From Pseudogymnoascus verrucosus (Eukaryota), in the NCBI GenBank assembly GCA_001662655.1, contig KV460269.1: a DNA stretch of 64,000 nt; one strand, given 5' to 3'. The translations under genes and the position numbers were made by a program. This document shows, piece after piece, positions 50,290-64,000 of this stretch. Every line of letters starts with the position of its first letter. Position 1 is the first letter of the stretch. Below the pieces are notes generated by a model. The model made no database searches. It was not told the origin of the DNA and saw only the letters and a list, made by a program, of their open reading frames with translations.

Positions 50290-50979
50290 ATGGCTAGCCT
50301 TCCAGCTGTTACTGATGGCCTCCTCGCGGCCGGCTTTCCCAGGCCCTCCTCACAATGGTTATCGTCCCTCATTTCGGGTGTTCGTGGCAACAACCCACCT
50401 CAGACTGTGCTTGCAGCAACGGCGAAGCACCGCCTGATGCTTCTCGACCTCACTACGCCCTCTCTCTTCGACCCCTCTGCGGTTTCTCTGCCCCCTAGCC
50501 TTTCTGAACCCGTAGTCAAGGAGCGGAAGATTGCACACTCAGTATTGGTTCAGGTATTGGCTGTGGAAGATATGTCAAAGTCGCGCTGGGAGCAGATCGA
50601 GCTTATTGAAGCTATGGAGCGTGGTGAAAAGACGAAGGGAAGAGAGATCATCCGGGATGTGCCAGGAGAGGAAGGGGAGAATGGAGTTCGCGTTGGAGCG
50701 CCACTTGTTGGGCTGAAAGGCGGACCACATAAGCTTCTGCTGGAGGATTGGAAGGGGCAGAGAGTGTACGGCATGGAGATCGTGGGCGTGCCTAAGGTGG
50801 ATCTGGGGATGAGCATTGGTACGAAGATTTTGCTAAAGGGAGTTACGGTAGCAAGGGGCATGGTACTACTTGAGCCAGCAACGACGGTGGTCCTTGGAGG
50901 AAAGATCGATGCGCTGCATGAGGTGTGGATCAAGGACAGGAAGAAGATACTCAAAGAGGCAATCGAGAGTATTGCGTGA
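50290..50979 (+). CDS. RMI1: RecQ-mediated genome instability protein 1 (N-terminal OB-fold form)
   Basis: LVQVLAVED, HKLLLED..VYGME, GTKILL..VARGMVLL..VLGGKI pattern. Confidence 0.85.
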   Translation: MASLPAVTDGLLAAGFPRPSSQWLSSLISGVRGNNPPQTVLAATAKHRLMLLDLTTPSLFDPSAVSLPPSLSEPVVKERKIAHSVLVQVLAVEDMSKSRWEQIELIEAMERGEKTKGREIIRDVPGEEGENGVRVGAPLVGLKGGPHKLLLEDWKGQRVYGMEIVGVPKVDLGMSIGTKILLKGVTVARGMVLLEPATTVVLGGKIDALHEVWIKDRKKILKEAIESIA

Positions 50980-51552
50980 GAATGGGCGTCAACGAATAGC
51001 TATCTAAGTTAGTCCATGCACACAGTATAGGGTTCCATATATGCACCTGCGGCGTTTCTACTGTCATTTAGAACGAATTATCAGTAGAAGTAGTATTCCT
51101 CGCAATATCCACCATACTCTTACATATTAACAATCTTTGAGGATAAGCAAGTGTCTTGATAGAAGGGTTTCACAGTCGGTCCCTATGCCGGATAATCGTA
51201 TGACCGAGATCTTCTATCTTGGTGGGTAACCGTGAACTTCCCAAGGTGGTTATCAAAATAAGCATTCACTTCGTGTACGATTCTATATTTGAAGATTTCT
51301 TATAAATTCTGTCTTGGCATATAGGAGCAGCGCTCTTCAAACTTTCTTTGGCTCTGGTGCAGATTTGCCCAAGTTCGTCCCACGACGCGCCAACAAGCTA
51401 CGACTCACCTCTTTGTCTTGACGCGCATCCAGTTTTACCACCTTCGATAAGATAGACACCCCAACACAAAGGCCTCACATCCCCGCAATCGATGTTGTTT
51501 GACACCGAAACGTCTATTCTAGAGGCCTAACACTCGTTGACTTATTCCAAAG

Positions 51553-54500
51553 ATGAGTGTCTCGGCCGGCCACGACCAAGCACCAGCGGCGTTAGAAACG
51601 AGGCTTGCAAATGGGAGTGACTCGAACCCTCTAGCCCAAATTCACGAAGCTCTCACTGTCGTCCACAGCCCATACTCCTCAAACGAATCTCGGAAACAAG
51701 CTTCTGCATACCTCGAGGGGATTAAGGCGGACAACGCAGCACCGTACCATGGATTTACTCTAGCCAGCGACAAGAACCAAGAGGCGGTTGTCAGCCACTA
51801 CGCCCTATCCCTACTCGAGCACGCCATAAAGCACCGATGGAGCGAATATAACTCATTCGAGGAAGAGGCCATGAGGGGGTGGGTCCTGCAGCTATCCGAG
51901 AATGTCTCGCCGAAAGACCCTCTGTTCATACGGAACAAAACTGCGGAGCTATGGGTGGAAGTGGCAAAGAGGAGCTGGGGGTCACAATGGTTGGATATGG
52001 ATACGCTCCTGGTGAGCCTGTGGAACGTCCCTGGTTCAGTGGTGCACAAGGAATTTGTTCTCTTCGTACTGGAAACCCTATCGGAAGAAGTTTTCAACCG
52101 GGAAGATGGCATCACGGCTATGAGAGAGACTGTTCTAAGCAAGGCATGCGTCGAGATCTTTACGCCCGCACAAGTTCTCCAAGAGGCATTCCCAAACCGC
52201 CAGGTTGGGGCCAATGTGCGCTGTGGTGATGAAGGGTGGCTTGTCAGGCTTGGAGCCTTGTTGGACCAGTGCGTTGAGAACGACGTGGAGAGCAATGAGC
52301 AATACCGCGGCTGTGCAGTTAAGATTCTCTCTGTTTACAAATCAATAATGCCATGGGCTATTCCGAAGGCCATTGCAGCTGCTTCATGCGTGTTTCATAT
52401 CAGCAGAAGTTTGGCTTCACCAAGCGTTGCTGTTCAACAGGTACGTTTTGACTCTCCAGTCTCAGAATTTCAGCTAACAGATCAAGGCCTCACTTGAAGC
52501 ATTACACGCATTATACAGCCGCACTCATTTCACAGACGAGGAGTTTCTTACTCTTGTTAGCCCGATGTATACAACTGAGCGGGTTAATCTCCTCCGCAAA
52601 GTCTATGAATGGTCAATAATCGACCCTAATGACATTGATGACGAGAAATATCTGCTCGGGAAGAGATTCTCAGAGGTATGTTCACCTTGATTCTCTTTTA
52701 AATGCCTTTACTGACAGTTGGCAGATGATGTCTAAATTGGGAAACTTCATTGGCCAAAAAATATCTTCGATCCCAGAGGATTGCGATCTACCAAATCTCC
52801 TAAACCTTTTCTTTTCCATTGTACAAAATCAAAGCTTTGTTGTTGCGATACCCGTCCTCGTTACTTGGACACATTTACTTCGTTCTGAAACTATCGTCGA
52901 TTCTCCTACTACAGCGCACCTTATCGCTCCGCTCCTCGAACTCTGCAGCTCAAGACTTATCAGATATGAGAACCTGCCAGCAGATTCCGAGGACCCTTCA
53001 CTTGCGCTCCTCGTGGAGGATATCGACACGATCCCAGAGCGACATGCCTTCCTTGGAAATTATAGGCGTTACAACGTGCAATGCATTGAGTTGATTGTTC
53101 GGAGAAAGACATCTGACGCAATATACCATATTTTGAGCCAGGTTTGGCACTCAATTGAGAATTTATATGATGGGATCCCACCATTTTCTATCGAGTCATA
53201 TTCGAAAAATTCGCCAGCAATACTCCGTGTCGATGCCCAGTTCACAGTCGTCGAAGCAGCACTAAAGGGCTACATGAAGTGGAGAGATACCCATGGCTCG
53301 AATCCGCAAGAGGACGAGCAAAAGCGAGCCAAGATGGAAGAAGATTTCCAGGGCTGGTGCGAACGCTTATTAGGCATGAGCTTTGAGGACCCAATCATTA
53401 GAATGCGAGCTCTACAGCTTGCCGTTTTATTCTCGACTTCAGCACTAGACAAAAAGCCAAACTTCATGCTCCAGGTCCTTGAGCACGTACTTATGACGCG
53501 ACCCGTTGACCACCCGGAACATCGAGCTTATTCAGATGCAGTCAAGGAATTGACCAGCGATTCGATGCACGAATTGACAAGACTAGCGACGAAAATGCCG
53601 GACCATCTCTTGGAAGTTTATGACCAACTAGAAGCCAAAGTCAGTGAAATTATCGCTGCTGGTAATATCGAATCCAGGCAGGAAATTTCCTACAGAACCT
53701 TCTTATTTATCATAATCCACCGCGCAAAAGGGATCGATCCAGCAGTACGACTAGAACGCTTGCAGTCCTTCATCGTCCCGGTTAAGCAAATGTGGCAAAA
53801 TCCTGCCCTGGATACGTCGTTGTCGTCCTTTGACGGCTTTTGCGACCTTCTGGGCCTTGGAAAAGTTCGGGAATATTTGGTGTCACGACAGGTCCATAAA
53901 ATCCAAGACTGGGGCTCCTCTACCCTCGACGATGAAGGCATCGCAATTCAAACTGAGCTTACTGAACGACTTAAATCTCTACCTCTGCGTCCTACCAAAT
54001 CCTTCTTGGGGTGCTCAACCGACAAAATAGAAAAGGACACAGAGCCATACAATACAACATGCTCCCTCTGGCATGACTCGGTTCCTCTTATGCTTCCCGG
54101 CCTATTGAAATTCCTTGGCCATGCACATGCATTCCATAACCCGGCAAACTGGTCTGGTCTTCCTCAGGAGATGCAGCCCATTGTATCTCGAATATTGACT
54201 GATCGATTCTGGCAGTCTGGTATTTCAGGGGGAAGTAAAGATGACTTTTATGCACGTGTGTCTGGAACAAGAACGACGATGGAGGGATTCGCATCTTCTA
54301 TCCGCGGGACTGTACGAGCAGTGAGAGAAGCTTGCTACTCTATCCTTTATGGTCTCAGTCGCCTCAACGTTCACTTCTATGGATTTCAAGAACTCCCGGG
54401 CCCGTTGGCAAATGCCTTATTCGCAGATGCTCACTTCCTTTCCTCCCACCAGCTTATTAACTTGATGACATTGGTCCGATATATGGTCGATGACTGTCCA

Positions 54501-55484
54501 ATACAGCTGCGAGCTCACTTCGTGCCTCCGATATTGGCTACCTGCTTCAGACAGATGGATGGCAAGATAAGCTCTCAGTGGGAGCTACTGGGTCAGAGGC
54601 AGCAAACTACTTCTGACGAAGTCGGTTTGACTGAAGAAATGAAGGAAGAGAGTTTACTTCGCCAGCTTACCTACACAGCGGTGATGCTAGTGGCCTCTCT
54701 CTTTGACCCCCAACGCGCAAATGGTATTTCTTTCACCTCTTCTACTTACTATGATTCACTAACAACTTTCAAAGAATCCGAAACCTCTCAGCCCACCACT
54801 AACAAGGAAGCATCAACATACACGCCAGGTGAAGGCCCAGGCGGCGCCAAGGAGTGGCCAACAATGCGACGATTCTGCCTCACCGAATCATCCATTCTCG
54901 AATCCCTAATGCTCTTCTCCACCCACGCCATCCGCATGCGAGACACCCGCTGCTGCGGCGTCGTCCTACGCGTCTTCCGCTCCATCATCCCAGCATTTAG
55001 GAACCATCGCGATACCGACCCAGCCACAGCAGCCCCGATCCGCGAGTTCATTAGCACAGAGGTCCTCCAGGCTTCTATCACGTCCCTACACGAGCCCTAC
55101 TTCGTCGAGTTGCAGAAGGATTTGGCTCAGCTGATTGCAGCGATACTGGTCTCCTACTGCGACTTAACCAACACGCCGAAAGCGATCCTGATGTCTCTCC
55201 CTGGACTACAGGAAACTGCAGTTGACAAGTGCATCGACTACGTCAACCGCCCAGGGGTGCAGCCTAGGCAGCAACGTGCTATAGTCCTTGATCTTCTGCG
55301 CGATCTCAAGGGAGTGAGTATCAGCGAGCAAGGGCGCATCTCCAAGACTGCGGCGGTGGTGAGGAAGGAAAGGAGCAAGATGCAGCAGGAGTTTATGCAG
55401 ACGGAGCAGCAGAAGGAGGCGCCGTCGGGGCTTGGAAGGCGGACGCCGGAATTGGAGGGATTGGGGGCTTTGTTTAATATTTAG
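51553..55484 (+). CDS. MSN5: Exportin-5 / karyopherin Msn5
   Basis: Importin-beta N-terminal region (RKQASAYLE, HYALSLLEH, EVAKRSW) and ERHAFLGNYRR; introns 52441-52486, 52676-52724, 54724-54774. Confidence 0.88.
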
Positions 55485-56056
55485 GTTGGCTCATCCTTGA
55501 TGAGCGGGGTGATGTTGGAGTAGCTGTGTAGTTCAACGATAATGTTGTGTAAAATGGAACAGATACAGCAAAACTTCGTTACGTACTTGATGTGTTGTTT
55601 CTGAGCTTGATGGAAGCTTAACATGTTAGTTCGGACACTTGCATGGGTTCGCCGAATAACAAGCTTCTTCAATCCAGCTTGGCTGATGGAGCCTGGAATC
55701 AATCCATGAGGTCTTGGTCACTGTAAGCATAATAGTCTCATATTGTATCCCATAACATCTTCCATTAGTTAGTACTATCTACGTGCCCTTAGTTTGGTAT
55801 CAATTATCTCAAGGAATGTAAGGTTCTCATTATAAATCCCCCTTTTAACATGAAGTCATCAATCTCTGTCCAAAGTTATTTTGAGTGGCGTTATATTTGC
55901 TCTCTTTCCCATTATTCAAGGCCATCAAGGCCGAACTCCTACTTGCCAAATATGTTTTTCAGCCTGGGGTATCTTTATGCCCTTATTATTTTCCAACCAC
56001 AGTTACCTTTCTGTCCCGCAGATTATTCCCTCCTTTTCTCCTCTTCCTTTTTGTAC

Positions 56057-57137
56057 TTATCCCAGGTTCCCCACTGCCCAGAGCTCCACGCCAATTATAT
56101 CGAATTTCTTCCCCTGGTCGCTCAACGGTTCATTGCCAAACGTGAGGCACGTGCTGCTAATCCCGCGATCAAAGCTGTCGTCAAGCCATAGCCCATAATT
56201 ACCATCTCCCCCGCCGATGCTAAAAAACGTCGCGTCGCAAAGCATGAAGTAGTCGTTAATGCCCGAGTATGGAAACGCCTTAAAGCGCACCTGTGAGGGC
56301 GAGGTAGGGCGCGAAGGAGGCGCTGTGGGTGGTGCCAGGGTGTTTGGGCTTCGTGGGTGAGGGCTAGGACTCGGTGATGTGATGTTGAGAGAGGTATTTC
56401 GCTGCATGTTCGTCGTATCCGCCGAGGGCGGTAGGGGGAGCTGACTCAGATCCGCCTGGGAGAAGACGGAGGCACGCCAGAGGAAGCACTCTCCCGTGCC
56501 AAAGTAATGTGGTGATATATGAGGTGCTTCCGTTAGGTACGCTCCGAATAGCTACTGTCAATCAGCAATTGTCTCAACACAAGACGAATCGCGGGGTAAA
56601 TCATACCCCGCCGTCCCCGTCCTTAACCACAAGGACATACCCGTTCCGCAGCCCCATCAGCTGGTCACAGTTTTTGTACATAGTTCCCAGGCTAACCCCG
56701 TCTTGCTCGAGGCTGTATACCAGGTGCCATTCGTCGCAGAGTTGTAATCGCGGCGGTATCAAGAGTCGTATTTCCTCGGCAATCGCCTTACTCATCAGCC
56801 TCGCGCTCTCGTCTGTATTTTCGGAGTATCCACATAATGAGAGCGGGTAGAGGGGCGGCGGTTGGAAGGGCGAGGCGGTCCGTAATGGCGGGGTGTATAT
56901 GGAGCCATGCATGTCGGAATCAGGCTCCTCGAACAAAGTCTGTGAGTTTTCGAGGGACGGGGAGGCTGGGGTAGATGGCGTGGATCCGTATATCGGGCCA
57001 GAGGAGAGTCGTCGCAGGAATTTGCCAATCGAAGGTAGATAGCCAGACGATGAGGTTGTGGCAGTGGTGTTGTCGTCGGTGGTGTTTTCGAAGGTGGAGG
57101 ACCGGGAGAGAGGGGTGCTTGGTGGTGGACTTGACAT
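56057..57137 (-). CDS. OXR1: Oxidation resistance protein 1 (TLDc domain)
   Basis: WHLVYSLEQDGVSL, FGAYL, GGGDGNYGLWLD, TFGNEPLS; intron 56552-56606. Confidence 0.92.
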
Positions 57138-57860
57138 CGGTACGGTTGGGGCTGGGGAACTGGTAATAAGCGCTGGTTTCGCAGGCGCTCTAGTGTCGTG
57201 TAATTGCGCTAAATTGCGATATATAAATAGTGAATTTATTGTTCCGAGATGGCAACGATCGGTGATGCTGTGGTGGATGAGTAGTGGGGCAGGGATTGAT
57301 AAGGTAGGTAGGTGTTGTTGTCAGGGCGGAATAAATAATGGGGGCGGGATGGAGGATGTGGGATTTCCGTTTGCAGGCGCCGTCACTGGCAATACCCCTC
57401 GTGCCCGTCTGGGTAAGCAAAAAAAAGCTTAGCTATTGAGGCTGAATAAGAGATTCTCAATGTCTGAGCCATGATTTAGATAACTGAGAGTCTCATCTAG
57501 ATATTTATCATAATAGTTCCCAAAAGAAATTATAACGAGGGGCATGTATCATTCTTACTATCCAGCACCACAGAAACCATTGTCTCACCTACTACATACA
57601 GCCCACACAACCGTGTCACCGTCAATAATTGCCCACCTGTGATTCTGTGCTGCTGCATTGAAAGGGGAATATTTCTCGGATTGTTACTATAAAGCCATAT
57701 CCAGGCAGGTGAGTAGGGATTCCCCGCGGGGGCGCCATCTATGTAAACAAGGAACAAAAACTCCATCCCATACCAGATACACTGGTTCCCTGAACGCCAT
57801 TGTAAATGCATACACAGCCATATATCATACACCACCAGCACCCTGTTCCTGGCTTCCCAT

Positions 57861-58527
57861 TTATCCACACCTCCCATTCTTCCACCCCGTCCTCCACCTC
57901 TCCTCCCACTTATCGCAATCGAAAGTCTTCTTCCCCAGCTTGACATTCACATCATTATGCGCCTCGCACATCCACCTCCCAAACTCATCCCTGCTCCCCA
58001 CCCGCACCTTCTCGCGCTCCATATATTTCTGAAAGTCCTCACCGCACCAGGTACACGGGTATAGCTTCCCGAACGACTTCACGAAGGACATGGCGCTGGA
58101 TTGCTCAGCGAGTGTCGGCTTCTCCGGATACGCTGCGGTGATGCTGTGCAGGAGCGTCCAGGAGGCGCGCCCGAGGGCTTCGACATCGGGAGGGCAATCG
58201 TCAGGTAGGGCAGCGGGGATTTTTGTGCTTTTGCCCTTCGTAGCTGGGGAATTGGAGGTTTCGGTGGCGGCCATTGCGGACCAGGCGGCGAAGGAGGTAC
58301 AGGAACGGCAACTGGGTAGTGTTAGCTATTTGCACATGCACCCAGGCATCCAATCCAATAGATACGCCTGCATATAGCAGGCAGGTTCTTAAGGGTACAT
58401 ACGGCTTCCCATCTTTCCCCAACACGACACCCTTGGGGTACTTTTTCGGCACCGCGCCAGGTGTCGACGGCGGCGTCACCAGCGCATCCTTTGTCGGCGC
58501 GCTGGCGCTCTGTGCAGGCTCTGCCAT
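57861..58527 (-). CDS. ERV1: Mitochondrial FAD-linked sulfhydryl oxidase
   Basis: PCRSC shuttle motif (intron 58312-58402), LGRASWTLLH, YPCTWC, CEAHNDVNVKLGK. Confidence 0.94.
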
Positions 58528-58797
58528 CCTCTACTCTAGTACACAGATAATCAAATCAGAAACCAAATAAATGAATGAATAAAAACCCTAAATGAAAGTG
58601 TGCGAGCGGTATATATTTACAAAAGTAACAGACGAACGAGAACGAAAGCATTCGCGCTGACCAGACCATCGAGGTTTGTAATACAAAAGCACGGCGGAAC
58701 CTTCCGCCCAAATTTCTTATCGCCGATTATCCCCTCCATCACCTGCCTCCCCACTATCACCTCGGGCTGGCTGCTTCCACAATGCCTCAATCCAACC

Positions 58798-59822
58798 ATG
58801 ACTACCACATCCCCAGATACGGGATCAATTCCCATATTCCTCCTCAAGACAAAATCAACACCCCACGACGGGTATGAAGAGTTCTTCTCCGCTACCAAAC
58901 TCGCAGGCCAAGACCTCGCACCGACTTTCGTCCCGGTCCTCGAACATAAGCTCCTGGAGCCAGGTCTAGATACAGTGCGCCAATTGCTTCGCTCGCGGCG
59001 GATAAACGATAGCGGTGATGAGGGAACGTATGGAGGGATGATCTTTACATCCCAGCGCGCCGTCGAGGCATTCGCAAGTCTAGTCGCTGAAGGTTCGCCC
59101 AGCACCCCCATCTCCCAGCTCCGAGCCAACAGCCAGCTAACCCCCTCAACCCCCCAGGTCCCCCCTCCTCCACCGACGACACCACCTGGCCCTCCCTCTC
59201 CACAACCCCAATCTACACCGTCGGCCCCGCCACCACCCGCGCCCTGCGCTCCATCCCCTCCACACCCCCCCTCCAAATCCACGGCTCGGAGACCGGGAAC
59301 GGCGAAGCCCTCGCCGGATACATGCTCACTCACTACCTCCCCTCCGCCCCCAAGCCACGGCCTCCGCTCCTCTTTCTCGTCGGCGACAACAGGCGTGACA
59401 TAATCCCCAAGACACTCATGAGCGATTCCCTCCCACCCACCGAACGAATCCGTGTCGACGAGCTAGAAGTCTACGGCACGACCACACAATCCAGTTTCCC
59501 CACCGCCTTCGCCTCCATCCTCTCCTCCTCTTCCTCCGCCAAAACGCGATGGGTAGTAGTCTTCTCCCCCACCGGGTGCGAAGCCGCCTTACGAGAACTA
59601 GGATTACTAGACGAAGACACGGGCCGCGTGAAGACAGGGGAGAGGGGAGGCGGGTGCGGGATCAGGAGGGGGAGGCGACAGACGTATGTCGCTACTATTG
59701 GGCCTACGACGAGGGATTACTTGAGGAGGGAGTTTGGGTTTGAGGCGGATGTTTGTGCGGAGGTGCCGAGTCCGGAGGGGGTGGGGGAGGCGATTGGGAG
59801 GTTTATGGTGGGGTTGGAATGA
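58798..59822 (+). CDS. HEM4: Uroporphyrinogen-III synthase
   Basis: LLKTKSTPHDGY, IFTSQRAVEA, VGPAT, VFSPTG, IGPTT; intron 59093-59157. Confidence 0.92.
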
Positions 59823-60327
59823 TTGATATAGGGGTGAGATTATGTTGGCAATATTACTCGTATATAGGAGGCATGAGATGATATGTGTCATTCATTGGGG
59901 GAAAGAGATACTACAGGCTGCCATTTCTCGCATATGTTCGTTTTCGTTACCAACCAACCAACGCTCCCATCTGCCCTGCTATACTGTGTAACTTGCGCAG
60001 GACGCAGCAAAACATCAGTTCAATCTTTTTCTGCCCCCCAAGTGGCTGGTGGTCTCTCCTTTCTTCCCATTTCCATAGATTCGAAAAATAAAACGTCCGA
60101 TTGGGTGGGGACTCCGTTGAGGATAAAATAAAAAGAGATCTATGCTAAATGAACCCCCTCGGCGGCGCTCGTTAATCACAACCCAACCACAATCTCCATC
60201 CCCCGCAAGAATACCAAAAAAATGAGAAGTAGGGGGGAGCGTAGCGGCCGTCCAGCAATATCAATATTCCAACCCGAGCTTTCATCGCCCTTTGTTCTCC
60301 ATCCATCCATCCCGATTTCCCATGGCG

Positions 60328-60352
60328 CCAGCCCAGCCCAGCCCAGCCCAGC
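60328..60352. repeat. (CCCAG)n pentanucleotide microsatellite in the MAPK 3' region
   Basis: CCAGCCCAGCCCAGCCCAGCCCAGC. Confidence 0.85.
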
Positions 60353-60375
60353 CATCCATCCAGTCCGTGCATAAA

Positions 60376-61558
<1,183 letters not shown>

Positions 61559-62844
61559 CTTGACAGATTAAAGTCGATTACTTGGTATATACCGTGGTTC
61601 GAGTTGCTGAAGTTGCAACGAAGCTTACGACAGAGGGTGGCCCAGCTTCAGCGGCGAACCAAATACTATTATCGCCTTGTGCGCTTCTTTGTTGGTAGTT
61701 TCGCCGGAGTGTTGTTAACAATAGAGCTGCCCCTCGGATCGTGCTTTGCTGGCAATTCGTCGGTTGGGCGCCAACGCTTTCGAGCTCGCCAACGTTACAG
61801 CGGGTATAATAGAAGCTTTAGATTAAGTCCGTAGTAATAATGGTAGGGTTGTGATATGATTTGACTTGATTTCTGTGTGCCTATTCCATGCCAACGAGTC
61901 AGTATATGATTTCCAACTATCCGCCAGGAACGAGAGGAAGTCCCAACACGAGAGCCCAAAACACAGCACATCGACGGGGGGAAACAAGGGATGGGAAAGC
62001 GTTTCAACCCGGAAGCGGGCCTCGACTTTCCTCGTACCTTTGTGCTGTAATCCCGAGCGAGTTCCCAGCCGAATAAAGAATAGGTTCAAATGTTCAATCG
62101 ACGACGGTTTGATGTAGGGGGCCAGATTGTTGATTGATTTTCGATGTCTTTCGTGATGGCGGACGCTCCCGGACCCTGGTGCGGGGTTTGAATGGGCGGG
62201 GCTGACGTGCCAACTGTGGGTTTTGCGAGTTACAGTATTATCGGTAGCGCAGAGCGAGTGAAACTCTTGTCGCGAACAGTTCGAGTTTGACGGTGAGGAT
62301 AGAAGAGGATGAAGAGGATCAAGGGATGATGACGAGAAGTCAAGATTTTACTTGTCAGTCTTTTTTTTTGGAGGAGAGAGAAGCACGACGACAAACGGCA
62401 GAGCGGCCGTACTAGCGAAGACGAGCGAGGGGGATGGGGGGGGTGGGATATATGGGGGCTGAGACGAGGATGCCGAAGATGGGATGAATGATGGTTTCGA
62501 AGAGGTCGATGATCCCCGTCGGCCTGGTCTAAGTGGTCTAACTGGTCTAACAGGTCCAAGTTGGTCTAACTTGCTAACTGGTTGGGGAGGTGGTTGGGTG
62601 TGATTTTTGGTAGTTGATGCAGGTGCAGGCAGAGCATTGACGGCGTACTGGTGGTGGTGTAGTACTGGATGCTGTACGGGGATGCTTGTCCCCTGTTGCT
62701 CTGCCCCTAGACTGGCTGGACAATTGTGGACAATATGTGATACTCAGATACTCTGATACTTGGAATAGACAAGCTGCGACCTAAAACAGATAAATAGGGC
62801 TGCTTCGAGAAGTTCGGCGCATACAAGGAGTTGGTCTGAGTAGC

Positions 62845-62876
<32 letters not shown>
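62845..62876. repeat. (TAGT)8 microsatellite
   Basis: Perfect TAGT tandem run. Confidence 0.95.
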
Positions 62877-64000
62877 GCTCGGAGTATATTGATCAAAGCG
62901 GTATAGAGAAAGAGAACAGACTTCTAGCCAGATCTATATATAAATATACGGTTTCAAGGTATAAAGCTATAAAAGTATATAAAGGTACAAATACAAAATA
63001 GAAATAGCTCATAAGGCACAGAGCGAGCACCAAAAGAACCAACAAGCTTCACTTCGGCAGATGGTGATAGTGGTAATAGAGAGATAAACGAAAGGGGTCG
63101 CAGAGATGGTCGCAGTAGTCCAACGGTACCTTAAAGTACATACAATAGACCACATTAGACAAGGTACCAGAAGACGGATAGGATGAGACGGACGGCGGGA
63201 CGATGGGACGATGGGACGAAAAGACCCTTTGAAGCCAAGCTGGTGACCAACCCACTATCTACCAGTCCCCTACAAGTACAAAAAAGTCCTAACAAGCCCA
63301 CAACGCCCACAACGCCCACCATCCCACTAACAGCAACCTGCATCCCCCCAAAACCACATACAACGAACCTTGACAGGCCAACAAACCCCGTCATCCACCA
63401 GTGATTCCCACTCCCTCAATCACCCCCAATCCCACACGCTGATAGGTCCCCTAGCCGCCCGGCGCCGTTGCCATCACAGACCACCGAAAAACCGTAGGCT
63501 AGCTAGATGGTGGGGCATCGCCAACGGGGGGGGACACGGGCGGCCAACCACGCGGGTGTTTCAGTGAGGGCCTTGCGCGGTTTCAGTCATGTCGCGACCA
63601 CGACATCGTGAGACTGCGGGTGCCGCTGAGGAGAGTGGGAAGTGGGAAAGAGTGAGGAGTGCAGGGAGCGAGATGGGGTCGATTAGACATAGCACGGGGG
63701 TGTTAGACAGAGCACGGGGTTGTTGGATGGGGCCAAGGAGGGCACCGCGGCGGCACAGAGCGCACACACAGCCTAGATGGGGGGAGGGGGGGGTTGGCTG
63801 GTTTCGTGCGGCACCATCCATACGGAGTACAAAACGCCTCCACGATACGGATCCAGAGTGTCGGGTATGATATCTATGAACAGTTCGACTCCGTCGTACA
63901 TACAGTAAAGTAAGGTAAGCAACATTCCCTCCCCTCCCCCGTGCCAATGCGCCTCCAACCTCCCAACCATCCCATACCCCCCAATCCTACCCAGCCACCC

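Noticed and set aside
58617..59333. 238-aa ORF antisense to HEM4
   Set aside because: Shadow of a C-rich coding strand; no independent motifs.
62230..63970. Short ORFs upstream of the MAPK
   Set aside because: Low-complexity, often non-ATG starts, no recognisable motifs or splice support.

Overview
Eukaryotic DNA from a filamentous ascomycete: intron-containing genes with GT..CTRAY..YAG signals. It gives the impression of a Leotiomycete such as Pseudogymnoascus, but this is not verified. 1-12.2 kb is accessory-like: the 3' end of a mutated Fot1/pogo DNA transposon, a three-gene sugar-utilisation cluster (Zn2Cys6 TF, GH106-like glycosidase, MFS sugar porter) and an F-box pseudogene. 13-61.6 kb is dense housekeeping sequence (SEC24-family, CFT2, HAD-SAK, DUF167, PRI1, EGH1-like GH5, SKI3, APL2, beta-CA, BolA, NIF3, VPS51, RMI1, MSN5, OXR1, ERV1, HEM4, FUS3/PMK1 MAPK). 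The most striking feature sits at 26.5-33.4 kb: a head-to-head pair of a BTB/POZ gene and an Mx-like dynamin GTPase gene. Each carries Nup98/Nup116-like parts (FG/GLFG repeats and a Gle2/Rae1-binding GLEBS-like 'S-x-EELRL-x-D' motif), and the dynamin's motif appears only after splicing. This is a candidate nuclear-pore-targeted or nucleoporin-decoy module. All gene models and names come from manual reading and motif recognition; no database searches were run.
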